From a phage, in sequence record PX915678.1: a stretch of 64,000 bases of DNA. The stretch is one strand, 5' to 3'. The first letter of the stretch is position 1; every line of letters starts with the position of its first letter. The notes under the pieces were generated by a model. The model was not told the DNA's origin and made no database searches. It saw only the letters and a list, made by a program, of their open reading frames with translations. Shown in pieces: positions 38,442-48,068 of the stretch. The translations under genes and the position numbers were made by a program.

Positions 38442-38785
38442 CTAGTACTCAATCCTCGATTATAAGAATCTACTAAACGGTCAACCATTGAATGACAAGC
38501 GGCTTTATCTTTCTCCTCCGCAACTGAACATTCTAAGGTATTCCACTTTTTAGCATATCGTTTTAACAATGTATCATTTTTGTATCTGCTTGATTTATCT
38601 CTTTCTCCGTCTTTATATGCATATATTAATTTCTGCGCAAATTCAGCTTGGCATGCTTTATTTTTCCCGCAATAATCCGCGGCAGTACGATTTACATACT
38701 CTCTAATTTCAGTATATGATGTATCTGCTGATGCAGAAGCAGAAAATGAAATTAATCCTATACATAAAACCAAAATTTTAGTCAT
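38438..38785 (-). CDS. Secreted protein, function unknown
   Basis: 115-aa ORF with cleavable signal peptide MTKILVLCIGLISFSASASA and Cys pairs. Confidence 0.5.
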   Translation of the reverse strand: MTKILVLCIGLISFSASASADTSYTEIREYVNRTAADYCGKNKACQAEFAQKLIYAYKDGERDKSSRYKNDTLLKRYAKKWNTLECSVAEEKDKAACHSMVDRLVDSYNRGLSTR

Positions 38786-39323
38786 TTACTATTTCCAAAA
38801 GTTTATTATTTTTAAGGTAATTAGCCTTTTCTAGGACTTCAGAAGCATATTTAGAACCTGCTTTAACATTCCATCCCGAATTATAAGAGGATATTGCTTT
38901 TCTTATATCGCCCTTATGTATATTTAACCAATAAGAAAGTTCAATGTACGCCCAGGAAGCTGAATTGGACCGTTTATTCAACATTCTTTTTATTTCAGCA
39001 TCGGTCATATTATAACCAAGTTCCTTAACTCTTGCTCGCATAGTTGGCAAATAATTTTGGAACATTCCATAGGCATGATGCTTTGGTTTAGATTTTAAAT
39101 TAACTCCGGCAGAGCTTTCTTGCCACAAAATAGCAGCCATTATATGACCCAATCCGCTCTTGTGGATATTTTTGTGTGTTTTATATTTTCCATCCTTAGA
39201 AAATTGTTCCCCGAATTGATATGCGTAACGCATGTTATCGAGTTGGACATTACTGAAAGTATGCTCGGAGCTATGCGCCATCATTGAAATGGCCAATAGA
39301 CCAGCGAGTAGTGCTTTTCTCAT
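38778..39323 (-). CDS. Secreted lytic transglycosylase-like (SLT domain) protein
   Basis: 181-aa ORF; signal peptide; SLT-like motifs ES...GMFQ and YNSG. Confidence 0.6.
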   Translation of the reverse strand: MRKALLAGLLAISMMAHSSEHTFSNVQLDNMRYAYQFGEQFSKDGKYKTHKNIHKSGLGHIMAAILWQESSAGVNLKSKPKHHAYGMFQNYLPTMRARVKELGYNMTDAEIKRMLNKRSNSASWAYIELSYWLNIHKGDIRKAISSYNSGWNVKAGSKYASEVLEKANYLKNNKLLEIVND

Positions 39324-39330
39324 GCTTACC

Positions 39331-39792
39331 TCATTGAGTTTTAATTACTGCTTTAGAAGCCTTTCCTGGTAAACGACGACTGTTGATAATTGCCATCCTG
39401 CATTGAAGCGACGGGTCTTTGAACTTCGCATTAGGTTTACAAACTGTAAATCCAAGCCAAAGATTTCCATCTGTAATTTCTAAACGTCCAGGACGGTATT
39501 CAACCCCATCAATAAAATCCTCGTCAATGTCAGGACGCGGAGGCATACTCAGGAATTCATTAACTTCTAAAACATGGTCTTTTATTTTGTGGAATAATTC
39601 AAAAACATATGTCTCATCAATCTCCCGTTGAATTGCACGATCAAGAAGATGCTGAGAATATTTTAGATGAAACGATGAGACCCCTGCTGCTTTTGATGCC
39701 TCACGAATCTCATTGTTAATTTGACGAAACTCCGACTCAAAGTGACGACGAAGCTTATTTCGACGGATAAAAACTTCTGTGTTGATAGTCAT
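39331..39792 (-). CDS. regB: RegB sequence-specific endoribonuclease
   Basis: 153-aa ORF; matches T4 RegB as recalled; early promoter upstream. Confidence 0.85.
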   Translation of the reverse strand: MTINTEVFIRRNKLRRHFESEFRQINNEIREASKAAGVSSFHLKYSQHLLDRAIQREIDETYVFELFHKIKDHVLEVNEFLSMPPRPDIDEDFIDGVEYRPGRLEITDGNLWLGFTVCKPNAKFKDPSLQCRMAIINSRRLPGKASKAVIKTQ

Positions 39793-39814
39793 GTTATTCT
39801 CCTCTTAACTGATA

Positions 39815-39851
39815 GAAAAATTATACCACAGTCAAGAGGAAAAGTAAACAG
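39815..39851 (-). promoter_or_regulatory. T4 early promoter of regB
   Basis: Minus strand GTTTAC, 16 nt, TGGTATAAT. Confidence 0.7.
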
Positions 39852-40130
39852 TTATTCTTTAAATCTAATCAATTTATTCATAGACTTTGAAACTTCTGCA
39901 CGGACCTCATGTAGGTTTTTAAGCTGTTCAAGACGTTGCTCATAGTAAGCAATTTCATCTTCTTCAAGACAGTCCTGTGAATCTTCTTTAAGATAACGTG
40001 CATAGTCCTGGAAAGCTTTACGGACTACTTCTTGGAAGTCATCAAGACTTTGAATTTTCTTAGGAGCAACAGATACACGACGAGGGGCAGTATAATACTC
40101 GTAACCAAACCCTGCGCTTAATTGAGCCAT
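39852..40130 (-). CDS. Hypothetical protein
   Basis: 92 aa from ATG at 40130 (SD GAGGAAAAA); track ORF extends to 40172. Confidence 0.45.
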   Translation of the reverse strand: MAQLSAGFGYEYYTAPRRVSVAPKKIQSLDDFQEVVRKAFQDYARYLKEDSQDCLEEDEIAYYEQRLEQLKNLHEVRAEVSKSMNKLIRFKE

Positions 40131-40396
40131 TAATATTTTTCCTCTGGTTGGAACACAGCACGACAAGCCCACATACTGGCTTCTTTGAGTTTCGTTTTAG
40201 CAATAGTTAACTGATCGAGGCTTTCAGCATAATTCTTCGCGAATTCGCAGTCTTCACAATTATCTAGTGCTTCCCAGAATTCGTCATATAAAGCGTCAAA
40301 GATAAGTCCTAAACGAACTTCAGCATCTTTGATAGCATTCACTTTACCAATTTTCTCTTCAGTATGTGGCTTATAACCTTTAATATCTTCAATCAT
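40130..40396 (-). CDS. Hypothetical protein
   Basis: 88 aa from ATG at 40396 (SD GTGAGGAAG); track ORF extends to 40432. Confidence 0.45.
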   Translation of the reverse strand: MIEDIKGYKPHTEEKIGKVNAIKDAEVRLGLIFDALYDEFWEALDNCEDCEFAKNYAESLDQLTIAKTKLKEASMWACRAVFQPEEKY

Positions 40397-40610
40397 ATTT
40401 GACTTCCTCACCAGTACATAAATCATATTCAACTAAACGAATAGGTTCATGAATGCCATATCCTTGAACAGAAATTTCTGTCGTAGGATAAATTCCATCA
40501 ATATCACCCATGGTCCACGCTTCATTAAATTGCTGTTCGCCTGAATTACTAAACCACTCGGCGAAAGCATTTAACACATCTTTAGAACCTTCAATAATTA
40601 TCTTTGCCAT
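40389..40610 (-). CDS. Hypothetical protein
   Basis: 73-aa ORF; 1-nt overlap with the upstream stop. Confidence 0.45.
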   Translation of the reverse strand: MAKIIIEGSKDVLNAFAEWFSNSGEQQFNEAWTMGDIDGIYPTTEISVQGYGIHEPIRLVEYDLCTGEEVKYD

Positions 40611-40972
40611 TACAAGCTCTCAGTAAAGGTACGAGCGATAACGTCGCGCTGCTGTTCCGGTGTCAGAGAGTTAAAGCGAACTGCATAACCGGATACACGG
40701 ATGGTCAGCTGCGGATATTTTTCCGGATGCTTAACTGCATCTTCCAGAGTTTCACGACGCAGAACGTTAACGTTCAGGTGTTGACCACCTTCAATTTTGA
40801 CTGTAGGCTGTGATTCAATTTCAATTTCACGGGTGTGCAAACCGTAGAAAATTTCTGGGTCTACAAAAGAGTCCTCTTTAAAGGTTTTAGAAACAATAAT
40901 TCGTGCTTGAATACCATCTTCAAAATAAATAGTACCTTTATGTGTGCCTTCAAGAATTTGATATGCTTTCAT
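40610..40972 (-). CDS. Autonomous glycyl radical cofactor (GrcA/YfiD-like spare-part protein)
   Basis: 120-aa ORF ending ...[61 protein letters not shown] with RVSGY glycyl radical motif; C-terminal half looks like E. coli GrcA as recalled. Confidence 0.8.
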   Translation of the reverse strand: MKAYQILEGTHKGTIYFEDGIQARIIVSKTFKEDSFVDPEIFYGLHTREIEIESQPTVKIEGGQHLNVNVLRRETLEDAVKHPEKYPQLTIRVSGYAVRFNSLTPEQQRDVIARTFTESL

Positions 40973-40978
40973 ATAACC

Positions 40979-41359
40979 TCAATTAGAAAATAAATTTATC
41001 CAAGACTGTTCTTTAATTAAAAATGGCTCAGAATCATATGCCATTAAACTTTGGGTGATTAGTCCTTTAAAAGGTCCATCAATAAATTCCATGGTAAAAT
41101 ATGGAATTTTATTCATTAATCTTGCATTAGGAGCAGTACACAAAACTCTGCATCCTTTGAATACACCTTTTTGTAATTTGTATTGCTTAGGATAAAATTC
41201 GCTCAAGACGTTGTTATTTGCCAAAATTTCAAAATGATTCACCAATTTATTTTTAATAGTTTTTGGCGAAAAATAAAGATATTCGAAAAGCTGTGTGTCT
41301 GTCATCATTGCATTCCGATTACGAAAAACTGCGGACGAGTAATACCACCAGTGCAACAT
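40979..41359 (-). CDS. Hypothetical protein
   Basis: 126-aa ORF. Confidence 0.5.
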   Translation of the reverse strand: MLHWWYYSSAVFRNRNAMMTDTQLFEYLYFSPKTIKNKLVNHFEILANNNVLSEFYPKQYKLQKGVFKGCRVLCTAPNARLMNKIPYFTMEFIDGPFKGLITQSLMAYDSEPFLIKEQSWINLFSN

Positions 41360-41892
41360 TTACTATTGCAACAGTATTGTACAGTTTCAATATGAATATC
41401 GTAAATTTTATCCATATCGGGAGATTTAACCGGCTCATCGATTATATACAAAATCCGCGAAAGCGATAAACCTCTGAACTTGCTGCCTCTATTACCAACA
41501 AAACTACGGACAGAATCAGTAAATAAGCGGAATCGAATATCGTCACTAGAATAACGAGAAAATTCTTTTTTAATGTGGCCTGCAGAAATTTTAGCGTAAG
41601 CTGAAGTATTAGAAAGAACAATAACTGTTCCACCATCATACAGCCAATTAGCAGCAAAGTTAGTCACAGCAGTTGATTTACCGGATTGACGTCCACCATC
41701 TAGTCGAAGTGTACAATATTGTTTAAGCAAGTCTTCAAATGGTGGAATATAATCGTTTTTACAAATTTCTTCTACTCTAGCATCAGAATGGTGTGTAAAA
41801 GCATTCATCAGGGATAGATAAGGACCAGTTAAAAATGTTCTCATTTTATTCTCTCTAAATTTGGGCCATTCCATGGCGCATGAATTGTCCAT
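41305..41892 (-). CDS. P-loop NTPase, function unknown; start uncertain
   Basis: Walker A GGRQSGKST; several candidate ATGs, best SD before MRTFLT at about 41844. Confidence 0.5.
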   Translation of the reverse strand: MDNSCAMEWPKFRENKMRTFLTGPYLSLMNAFTHHSDARVEEICKNDYIPPFEDLLKQYCTLRLDGGRQSGKSTAVTNFAANWLYDGGTVIVLSNTSAYAKISAGHIKKEFSRYSSDDIRFRLFTDSVRSFVGNRGSKFRGLSLSRILYIIDEPVKSPDMDKIYDIHIETVQYCCNSKCCTGGITRPQFFVIGMQ

Positions 41893-41997
41893 TTCTGTAT
41901 TTACCCATTACCGCACTTGGGCTCGACCTTATTACAGGTTGGCGGGAATCCCTCATAGAATCATGAGGTCCAGCTTGTTCCCATATTTCTTATTTGC

Positions 41998-42471
41998 TTA
42001 TTTGAATGATTTGACGTACTGAATAGAGCCTTTGCTATTCACGAAAGCGATTTTACCATTTTTGTTATACATGGTAGCAGTACGCTGATAACCATAAGTT
42101 TGTTTACCAGATTGATAACCAACTAATGCGAAATTATCTTCACCCATTTTATTCTGCTTAGCGCGGATACGTTCATGACCGTGTGCCATAAGAACCTTAG
42201 CGTCGCCAGTTGCAATGGATCTACGAGTTTTTTCATCTTCAACTGTATTAACAAAATCGTCAAATGAATCAAATTTAGCATGAGATTTATTATACAGTTT
42301 TCCATCTACTGCATAATTATATCCCTGTACATCCATCTCAACTTCTGTACCATCATCCAATACAGCAGTGATTTTTTGACCTTTTTTAAATTTCAAAAGA
42401 TCAGTAAAAGATTCAGCGATAATTTGAGAATTAATAGCTGCTTCAGTGATAAATTCTTGATATGTTTTCAT
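41998..42471 (-). CDS. Internal head protein (IPII/IPIII-like) with capsid-targeting sequence
   Basis: 157-aa ORF starting MKTYQEFITEA, the T4 CTS cleaved by head protease; late promoter at 42506. Confidence 0.7.
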   Translation of the reverse strand: MKTYQEFITEAAINSQIIAESFTDLLKFKKGQKITAVLDDGTEVEMDVQGYNYAVDGKLYNKSHAKFDSFDDFVNTVEDEKTRRSIATGDAKVLMAHGHERIRAKQNKMGEDNFALVGYQSGKQTYGYQRTATMYNKNGKIAFVNSKGSIQYVKSFK

Positions 42472-42480
42472 GTGTTTCCT

Positions 42481-42897
42481 TTAAATGTAAATAGTTTTAC
42501 CGTAGTATTTATACCAGTATGGCTTCATTAAAATTTTTTCATCGAGTCGTTGTTGACTCAACTTAATAGCTGATTTGCATGGATTATAATCATTTTTCCA
42601 TTCTGCTGGAATATCGCTGATGTCAGGAACTTCAGTATCTTTTATACTAAACCCACGTTTTAAGCATTCCGTTATAATGTCTGATTGACGCTTTCGCAAA
42701 AATTCTAACTTATCGTAAAAGAACGTGACATGACCAGAACCTAAAATAAACTCGGAAGATATTTTAAAATCTTTAACCCGCTTACCATTTGCAACATGTT
42801 TACGAACTATACCAAAAACACGTGGCAATTCACGGTATTCTGCGATTAAATGTTGATCAGCAAGTTCAGATACTAAAGTCAAATTAATACGAGTCAT
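42481..42897 (-). CDS. denV: Endonuclease V (pyrimidine dimer DNA glycosylase)
   Basis: 138 aa from [17 protein letters not shown], matching T4 DenV as recalled; track ORF adds 12 codons. Confidence 0.88.
   Translation of the reverse strand: MTRINLTLVSELADQHLIAEYRELPRVFGIVRKHVANGKRVKDFKISSEFILGSGHVTFFYDKLEFLRKRQSDIITECLKRGFSIKDTEVPDISDIPAEWKNDYNPCKSAIKLSQQRLDEKILMKPYWYKYYGKTIYI
42506..42513 (-). promoter_or_regulatory. Late promoter (TATAAATA) for the internal protein gene
   Basis: Exact TATAAATA on minus strand about 35 nt upstream of ATG 42471. Confidence 0.6.
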
Positions 42898-42917
42898 TTT
42901 ATCCCTCCAAGTAACTG

Positions 42918-42955
42918 TGAATAATACTATCACAATTCTAGGAGAAAGTAAACAA
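42918..42955 (-). promoter_or_regulatory. T4 early promoter of denV
   Basis: Minus strand GTTTAC, 17 nt, TGATAGTATTAT. Confidence 0.6.
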
Positions 42956-42957
42956 CT

Positions 42958-43488
<531 letters not shown>

Positions 43489-43929
43489 TTAAAAGAGGCT
43501 GTTCATTATTCGGTAAAGTGAAGGACCCATCACATATTGCCACTGAGTACGAGGAATAAGGGCAAAAGCATCCATCTCTGGAATCATAACACCATCTTTA
43601 TTTTCAAAATAAGACTCGCAATGGCAATTTCTAAACATCTCATGCTCTACTGGAATCGTATAATAAAATAACTGCAAGTCTTTATTACTAGAATATTTAA
43701 ATACACCTAGGTCTTCTAGAAGGTCTGAATTATAATCGATAAAACCAGTCTCTTCTGAGCATTCTCTTTTTGCAGCTTCCAGTGCATTCAAATCAAAACT
43801 TTCTACACGGCCCTTTGGAATATCCCAGCGATGTGCCATCATTCCAGGTTTACGAGAACCAGTAACTCGTCCCATAAATAAATCTTTATCTTCTGTCATA
43901 AAGATAATACCAGCTGATAGTGTTTTCAT
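43489..43929 (-). CDS. nudE: Nudix hydrolase NudE
   Basis: 146 aa from ATG at 43929 (ATGA overlap); Nudix box GRVESFDLNALEAAKRECSEETGF. Confidence 0.7.
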   Translation of the reverse strand: MKTLSAGIIFMTEDKDLFMGRVTGSRKPGMMAHRWDIPKGRVESFDLNALEAAKRECSEETGFIDYNSDLLEDLGVFKYSSNKDLQLFYYTIPVEHEMFRNCHCESYFENKDGVMIPEMDAFALIPRTQWQYVMGPSLYRIMNSLF

Positions 43930-44414
43930 TTTAATTTCCTGCATTCAGTGATAAAGTTATTTAAATTTTGGGTATATTTCTTTTCATCAAAAATCTTTTG
44001 CTGCCTACGTAACCGCCATGGCATTTCAATGAACACGCACCATATTCCTGATATTACTGCTGTTATAAAAATATTAACAAGCAGAGTAAAAAGAGTCCAA
44101 TCTCCTATTCTATCCATTGGATTTTTTCCAAAGAAATAAAATACGAATGATGACACAGGAAGACTAATGATATACCATAAAAGCATATTCTTGCCTGTAA
44201 ACCAATCAGCGTTCGTTAACTTAGCACGACCGTTTTGAATACATACGAACTTATCATCTGTTACAGTAGATGGCTTAGCTGCTTGATATCCCATTCTAAA
44301 CTCCCTAATTAATCGTTTCTTTGTATCTTCAGAACAGCCGCTCCAGTCAACTCTATCAACTGAAATGCCATCGTCCCCATCATCTAAATCATACCAGCGA
44401 GTTTTTAAAATCAT
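43926..44414 (-). CDS. Membrane protein, paralog family (1 of 3)
   Basis: 162 aa from ATG at 44414; two hydrophobic helices then basic tail ending FITECRKLK. Confidence 0.5.
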   Translation of the reverse strand: MILKTRWYDLDDGDDGISVDRVDWSGCSEDTKKRLIREFRMGYQAAKPSTVTDDKFVCIQNGRAKLTNADWFTGKNMLLWYIISLPVSSFVFYFFGKNPMDRIGDWTLFTLLVNIFITAVISGIWCVFIEMPWRLRRQQKIFDEKKYTQNLNNFITECRKLK

Positions 44415-44785
44415 TTGATTTTCCTGCAATCACTCACAAACTCTTTCATTGATTCATTTTCAATATAAGATATGTAGTTATTATATTCTTTTAATTGTAT
44501 TTTGTAATCCTTTTTTCTTTGCCAATTTATTTTAAAATTATCATAATGAAAATATAAAATGATACTAAAGAATGAAAATAATGAAATTGCTATAGTATAA
44601 TGAAGTTCACTCCAAACTTCTATTATATCTACTATACCGCTGACGTTACTGCGGATGTTTAAAATAATACAGTCAATCGTTAATCCAATAAGACTACCAG
44701 CAAGAGCTGCAGCCAACGCCACAGCAAAAATTAAAAATGACTCATAAAAAGAATATTTGACTTTATTTAGTTTTGGCTTTTGCAT
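44411..44785 (-). CDS. Membrane protein, paralog family (2 of 3)
   Basis: 124-aa ORF; two TM helices; tail ends FVSDCRKIK. Confidence 0.5.
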   Translation of the reverse strand: MQKPKLNKVKYSFYESFLIFAVALAAALAGSLIGLTIDCIILNIRSNVSGIVDIIEVWSELHYTIAISLFSFFSIILYFHYDNFKINWQRKKDYKIQLKEYNNYISYIENESMKEFVSDCRKIK

Positions 44786-45180
44786 CGTGATTCCTTAACA
44801 AATTTCATAATTTCATCAAATTCATACGCAGCAAGTTTAAGCTGATGTTCTTTTTTAATCTTTTTGCACTGGGCTTTCCAATCACGTACACGTTTACGAT
44901 AGTGTCTTCCTTGATACCAGTATCCTACCCAATTTACAGGTACTAATAAAAACGGAACTACCAATGGAAGAATTAGTGTTGCTCCAAATATTACACCAGA
45001 TTCAATATCAGTCATAACGTCTATAACCATTCCAGCAATCAGCAGAATCACAAATGATACAGCTACCACAGGACCTATTAATACATCAGTAGGAATTAGC
45101 TGACGCTTTGGTTCATACTTCACAGGTTTACTTGGAAGGTATAGTGATGGCTTTGACATATTCTCTACATTCCTTAACAA
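44767..45180 (-). CDS. Membrane protein, paralog family (3 of 3)
   Basis: 137-aa ORF; two TM helices; tail ends FVKESRCKSQN. Confidence 0.5.
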   Translation of the reverse strand: MLRNVENMSKPSLYLPSKPVKYEPKRQLIPTDVLIGPVVAVSFVILLIAGMVIDVMTDIESGVIFGATLILPLVVPFLLVPVNWVGYWYQGRHYRKRVRDWKAQCKKIKKEHQLKLAAYEFDEIMKFVKESRCKSQN

Positions 45181-45742
45181 ATTTTTCTAATAATAAATCG
45201 CTTTCAAAATTGGGATTTTCCACGAATTTATCAAAAAGATCATCAACAGTAGTTAAGATATTCTTTTTGCTAAGAATACGTTTATTTTCATGCTTTGTTT
45301 CAGAATCAACTATAAGAGTAAAGAAATATTTCTTTCCCTGAAATTTTACCGTAGTATCAATATAGAACAAATTTGACTTTTGTAAATTACGTTTAAACCA
45401 TGCATCACTTAAACTATAAACGCCAAGATAATCATAATCGTCGTTTAAATAACAAACCGTCCATTCAGGAGAAATGAAATCAGTAAATTCAACATCAAAA
45501 TCACATGTCAATGAATGAATTGATTCAATACTGTTAATGAGTATTCCAGGACGTATTAAAGACTTTTTACCTCTAGAAAATCTTCCGGAAAGGCTTTCAT
45601 CAGTTTCGTATGAAGACCCCCAATAGTAATTACGTCCTTCTGCCATGCGTTTAAGAGCATTTAGTAATTGGTCTGGAACATCAACCTGTCTTTGGAACTC
45701 TTCAAACATTGAATTGAAATCACTTTGCATTTTCATTTTCAT
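45128..45742 (-). CDS. Hypothetical protein
   Basis: 204-aa ORF. Confidence 0.5.
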   Translation of the reverse strand: MKMKMQSDFNSMFEEFQRQVDVPDQLLNALKRMAEGRNYYWGSSYETDESLSGRFSRGKKSLIRPGILINSIESIHSLTCDFDVEFTDFISPEWTVCYLNDDYDYLGVYSLSDAWFKRNLQKSNLFYIDTTVKFQGKKYFFTLIVDSETKHENKRILSKKNILTTVDDLFDKFVENPNFESDLLLEKFVKECREYVKAITIPSK

Positions 45743-45757
45743 TCCTATTTACTCCAA

Positions 45758-45781
45758 GTATAAGGGGCCGAAGCCCCTTAT
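45758..45781 (-). terminator. UUCG-tetraloop hairpin
   Basis: UAAGGGGCUUCGGCCCCUUA just after the stop of ORF 45784-46377. Confidence 0.55.
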
Positions 45782-45783
45782 CA

Positions 45784-46377
45784 TTATTTCAGAGAATTAA
45801 TGTATTCCTGAACATCGGCAGAGGTAGTTTCAACCCCAGAAATATTACCGTTAAAGGTTTCAACTCGAGCAAGGGTATCTTCAATATCAACCTTAGTCAG
45901 TGCTGCAATTTCAACTACATCATCGGCAGTACTAATTCCAAGGGCATTTGCTGCACGAGTTTCACGGATATATTCCAATTTAACCGCAAGTTCTTGGCGA
46001 GCATCATCTAACTCAACTACTTTCTTGGCGATTTCAATTCGCATTTCAGCATAACCGTCAGCCTTAGTAGTCAACTGCTCAGCTGTTCGACGATATAGTA
46101 AACCGAGTTTAGCATGCATTGTTACATCTTGACCTTCGGAAAGAAGTTTACGAATTTCACGCTCTTTTGATTCGGCCTGTCGATTCTTTTCGACAATAAG
46201 TTCACGAATACGTTTTTCTTCATTAATAGATTTAACAGAAGCAGTTTTTAGATCTTTAATTTTATCAAGTAGTTTTGCTGCTGCAGCAGTATACTGTTCT
46301 TCAACAGATAAATTTTTAGCCATAGCAGAACCAAGTTTAGTGCGAATAAATTCAACAATTTTCTTCAGTGTGTTCAT
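45784..46377 (-). CDS. Coiled-coil protein, tentatively PspA/IM30-like
   Basis: 197-aa ORF, long amphipathic helices rich in A/E/K/R/L; resemblance to PspA is by eye only. Confidence 0.45.
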   Translation of the reverse strand: MNTLKKIVEFIRTKLGSAMAKNLSVEEQYTAAAAKLLDKIKDLKTASVKSINEEKRIRELIVEKNRQAESKEREIRKLLSEGQDVTMHAKLGLLYRRTAEQLTTKADGYAEMRIEIAKKVVELDDARQELAVKLEYIRETRAANALGISTADDVVEIAALTKVDIEDTLARVETFNGNISGVETTSADVQEYINSLK

Positions 46378-46419
46378 AGTATTTCCTTAGGTTGATTAAA
46401 AATAAAATCTGTGGAAGAA

Positions 46420-46965
46420 TTATATCATACTATTTAAGAGATGTAAACTATTTTTAATTTTACAAATTCGTTCAGCTTCTTCAACGGCGGCGGCGATAAT
46501 GCTTTTAGCTATAGGAGTACTAATACTAGTAGCTTTTACACTTAACACGATTTCTTTATCTTTACTAGGCCAACCCCATGATTTTTCACCATGAGTGCCT
46601 TTAATTACAGCAGACACCTCAAGTGAGCATCCACTGTCACATGTTTTTACATTAACAACCCAAGGGTCACTTTTCTCAACCGATTTCTCAGCCGGTTTAT
46701 CCCAGTAAATATTAAGAATACGTGGGACATCAAATTTAGCAGGGCAAATCTTAACTGTAAGACCTTCGCTTTCTAGCCAATTAATAAGAGGGCGTTCATA
46801 CATGCGGCGATGTGGGCTTTGGACTCGACAAGCCTTGTGCCCATTGCTTGCGGCTTCACTAAGCTGTTCTAATACCTGTTTTTGCATTATTGATAAGATA
46901 TCATCAAAAGATTTTTCGGAAGTTTCATTCAGTTCGGTATAAAGAGACATAACGGTTTTCCTCAA
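46420..46965 (-). CDS. Hypothetical protein
   Basis: 181-aa ORF. Confidence 0.5.
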   Translation of the reverse strand: MRKTVMSLYTELNETSEKSFDDILSIMQKQVLEQLSEAASNGHKACRVQSPHRRMYERPLINWLESEGLTVKICPAKFDVPRILNIYWDKPAEKSVEKSDPWVVNVKTCDSGCSLEVSAVIKGTHGEKSWGWPSKDKEIVLSVKATSISTPIAKSIIAAAVEEAERICKIKNSLHLLNSMI

Positions 46966-47006
46966 GTTACAGGCTCATAATATCTCAATCATGAGCCTAT
47001 ATAAAC

Positions 47007-47324
47007 TTATTTCATATTATTGAAATATTCTTCTGCGATTTCGTCGTTATCGTGGTAAACTTTAGAAGACAGTTTAACATAACCTTCTGCTGTGAACATA
47101 TTAATCACAACCTTTACAGTATACCACTGTCCGTCTTCATTACCCATTACTGCGTAAGTTTCAAACATCGGATGGTCAGGACCGATAACTTTAATATCAT
47201 TCACTGTACGACCGAAATCTTCTGAAACGCATTTCATAAAGAAGTTGAACAGTTCGCCGTAATTATCCATTTCATTCTCCAAGTTGTTTTTCTGTATCAG
47301 TAGTTGATAGTTATATAGTACCAT
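47007..47324 (-). CDS. Hypothetical protein
   Basis: 105-aa ORF, first gene after early promoter at 47308. Confidence 0.5.
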   Translation of the reverse strand: MVLYNYQLLIQKNNLENEMDNYGELFNFFMKCVSEDFGRTVNDIKVIGPDHPMFETYAVMGNEDGQWYTVKVVINMFTAEGYVKLSSKVYHDNDEIAEEYFNNMK

Positions 47325-47346
47325 GGAAGAACAGGGATGTAAATAG
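47308..47346 (-). promoter_or_regulatory. T4 early promoter
   Basis: Minus strand ATTTACA, 17 nt, GGTACTATATAA. Confidence 0.6.
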
Positions 47347-47475
47347 TTTTGTGAAAAAATTTTTAAAAATTTTTAGGGAATTCTAGGGCAGGGAGGGGCA
47401 ATTAAAAGATAGGATAATATATTATAAAGGGTATAAACTAAATGATGCCTAGAGAGGTCCAGAAAGGCCTAGATA

Positions 47476-47506
47476 CCAAAAAGCCCCAACCTTTCGGCTG
47501 GGGCTA
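47476..47506 (-). terminator. Intrinsic terminator
   Basis: Minus strand AGCCCCAGCCGAAAGGUUGGGGCU then UUUUUGG, just after the stop of ORF 47513-47986. Confidence 0.7.
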
Positions 47507-47512
47507 AGAATG

Positions 47513-47986
47513 TTATTTGATTTGTTTAGCAGACCAAATGCGGTCTTTAATAATTTTTTGGATGTCTTCAACATACTCAAGAGAGTGAGCATGTGGGTTA
47601 TCTTTGAAACTATAAGCACGAGCTAGCTTTTGACCTTCGGTTTTGATTACTAAAAGCTCTTTAAGGATAGCTTCATATTTAGCGATAATTCCTTTAACGA
47701 TATTTTTTTCTTGTGCAGCTTTAGGATCTGCTTTAGGAGCAGGTTTACCCGAAGCCTTTGCAAAAGCAGCTCCAGTAGCAACTAAACTTTTCCAGGCCAT
47801 ACTAACTGCATTTCCCGTAAATCCTTCTGCTTTCATGTCGCGAGCAAATTGGAATCGTGATTCGTCAGAAGCATCTTTATAGGAATATTTACCCGCTGCA
47901 ATGGCTGCTTTTGCGACAGCTTGAATTTCGGTGCTAGATGCTTCATTTAACACCGCTTCATTTAAAAATTGAGCATATGATTTCAT
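47513..47986 (-). CDS. Internal head protein-like (capsid-targeting N-terminus)
   Basis: 157-aa ORF starting MKSYAQFLNEA (CTS-like); Ala/Lys-rich; late promoter at 48027. Confidence 0.6.
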   Translation of the reverse strand: MKSYAQFLNEAVLNEASSTEIQAVAKAAIAAGKYSYKDASDESRFQFARDMKAEGFTGNAVSMAWKSLVATGAAFAKASGKPAPKADPKAAQEKNIVKGIIAKYEAILKELLVIKTEGQKLARAYSFKDNPHAHSLEYVEDIQKIIKDRIWSAKQIK

Positions 47987-48026
47987 CTTATTTCCTGTTT
48001 TAATTCGTGGATTTAATATACTACTA

Positions 48027-48034
48027 TATTTATA
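48027..48034 (-). promoter_or_regulatory. Late promoter (TATAAATA)
   Basis: Exact TATAAATA on minus strand about 40 nt upstream of ATG 47986. Confidence 0.6.
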
Positions 48035-48037
48035 CTA

Positions 48038-48068
48038 AAAAGCCCCAACCTTTCGGTCGGGGCTAAGC
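48038..48068 (-). terminator. Intrinsic terminator closing the tRNA/stable-RNA transcription unit
   Basis: Near-copy of the 47476 hairpin (AGCCCCGACCGAAAGGUUGGGGCU) followed by UUUUUAG. Confidence 0.65.

Noticed and set aside
41442-41657. 71-aa minus-strand ORF
   Set aside because: Internal alternative frame of the P-loop NTPase gene 41305-41892; hydrophobic low-complexity translation.
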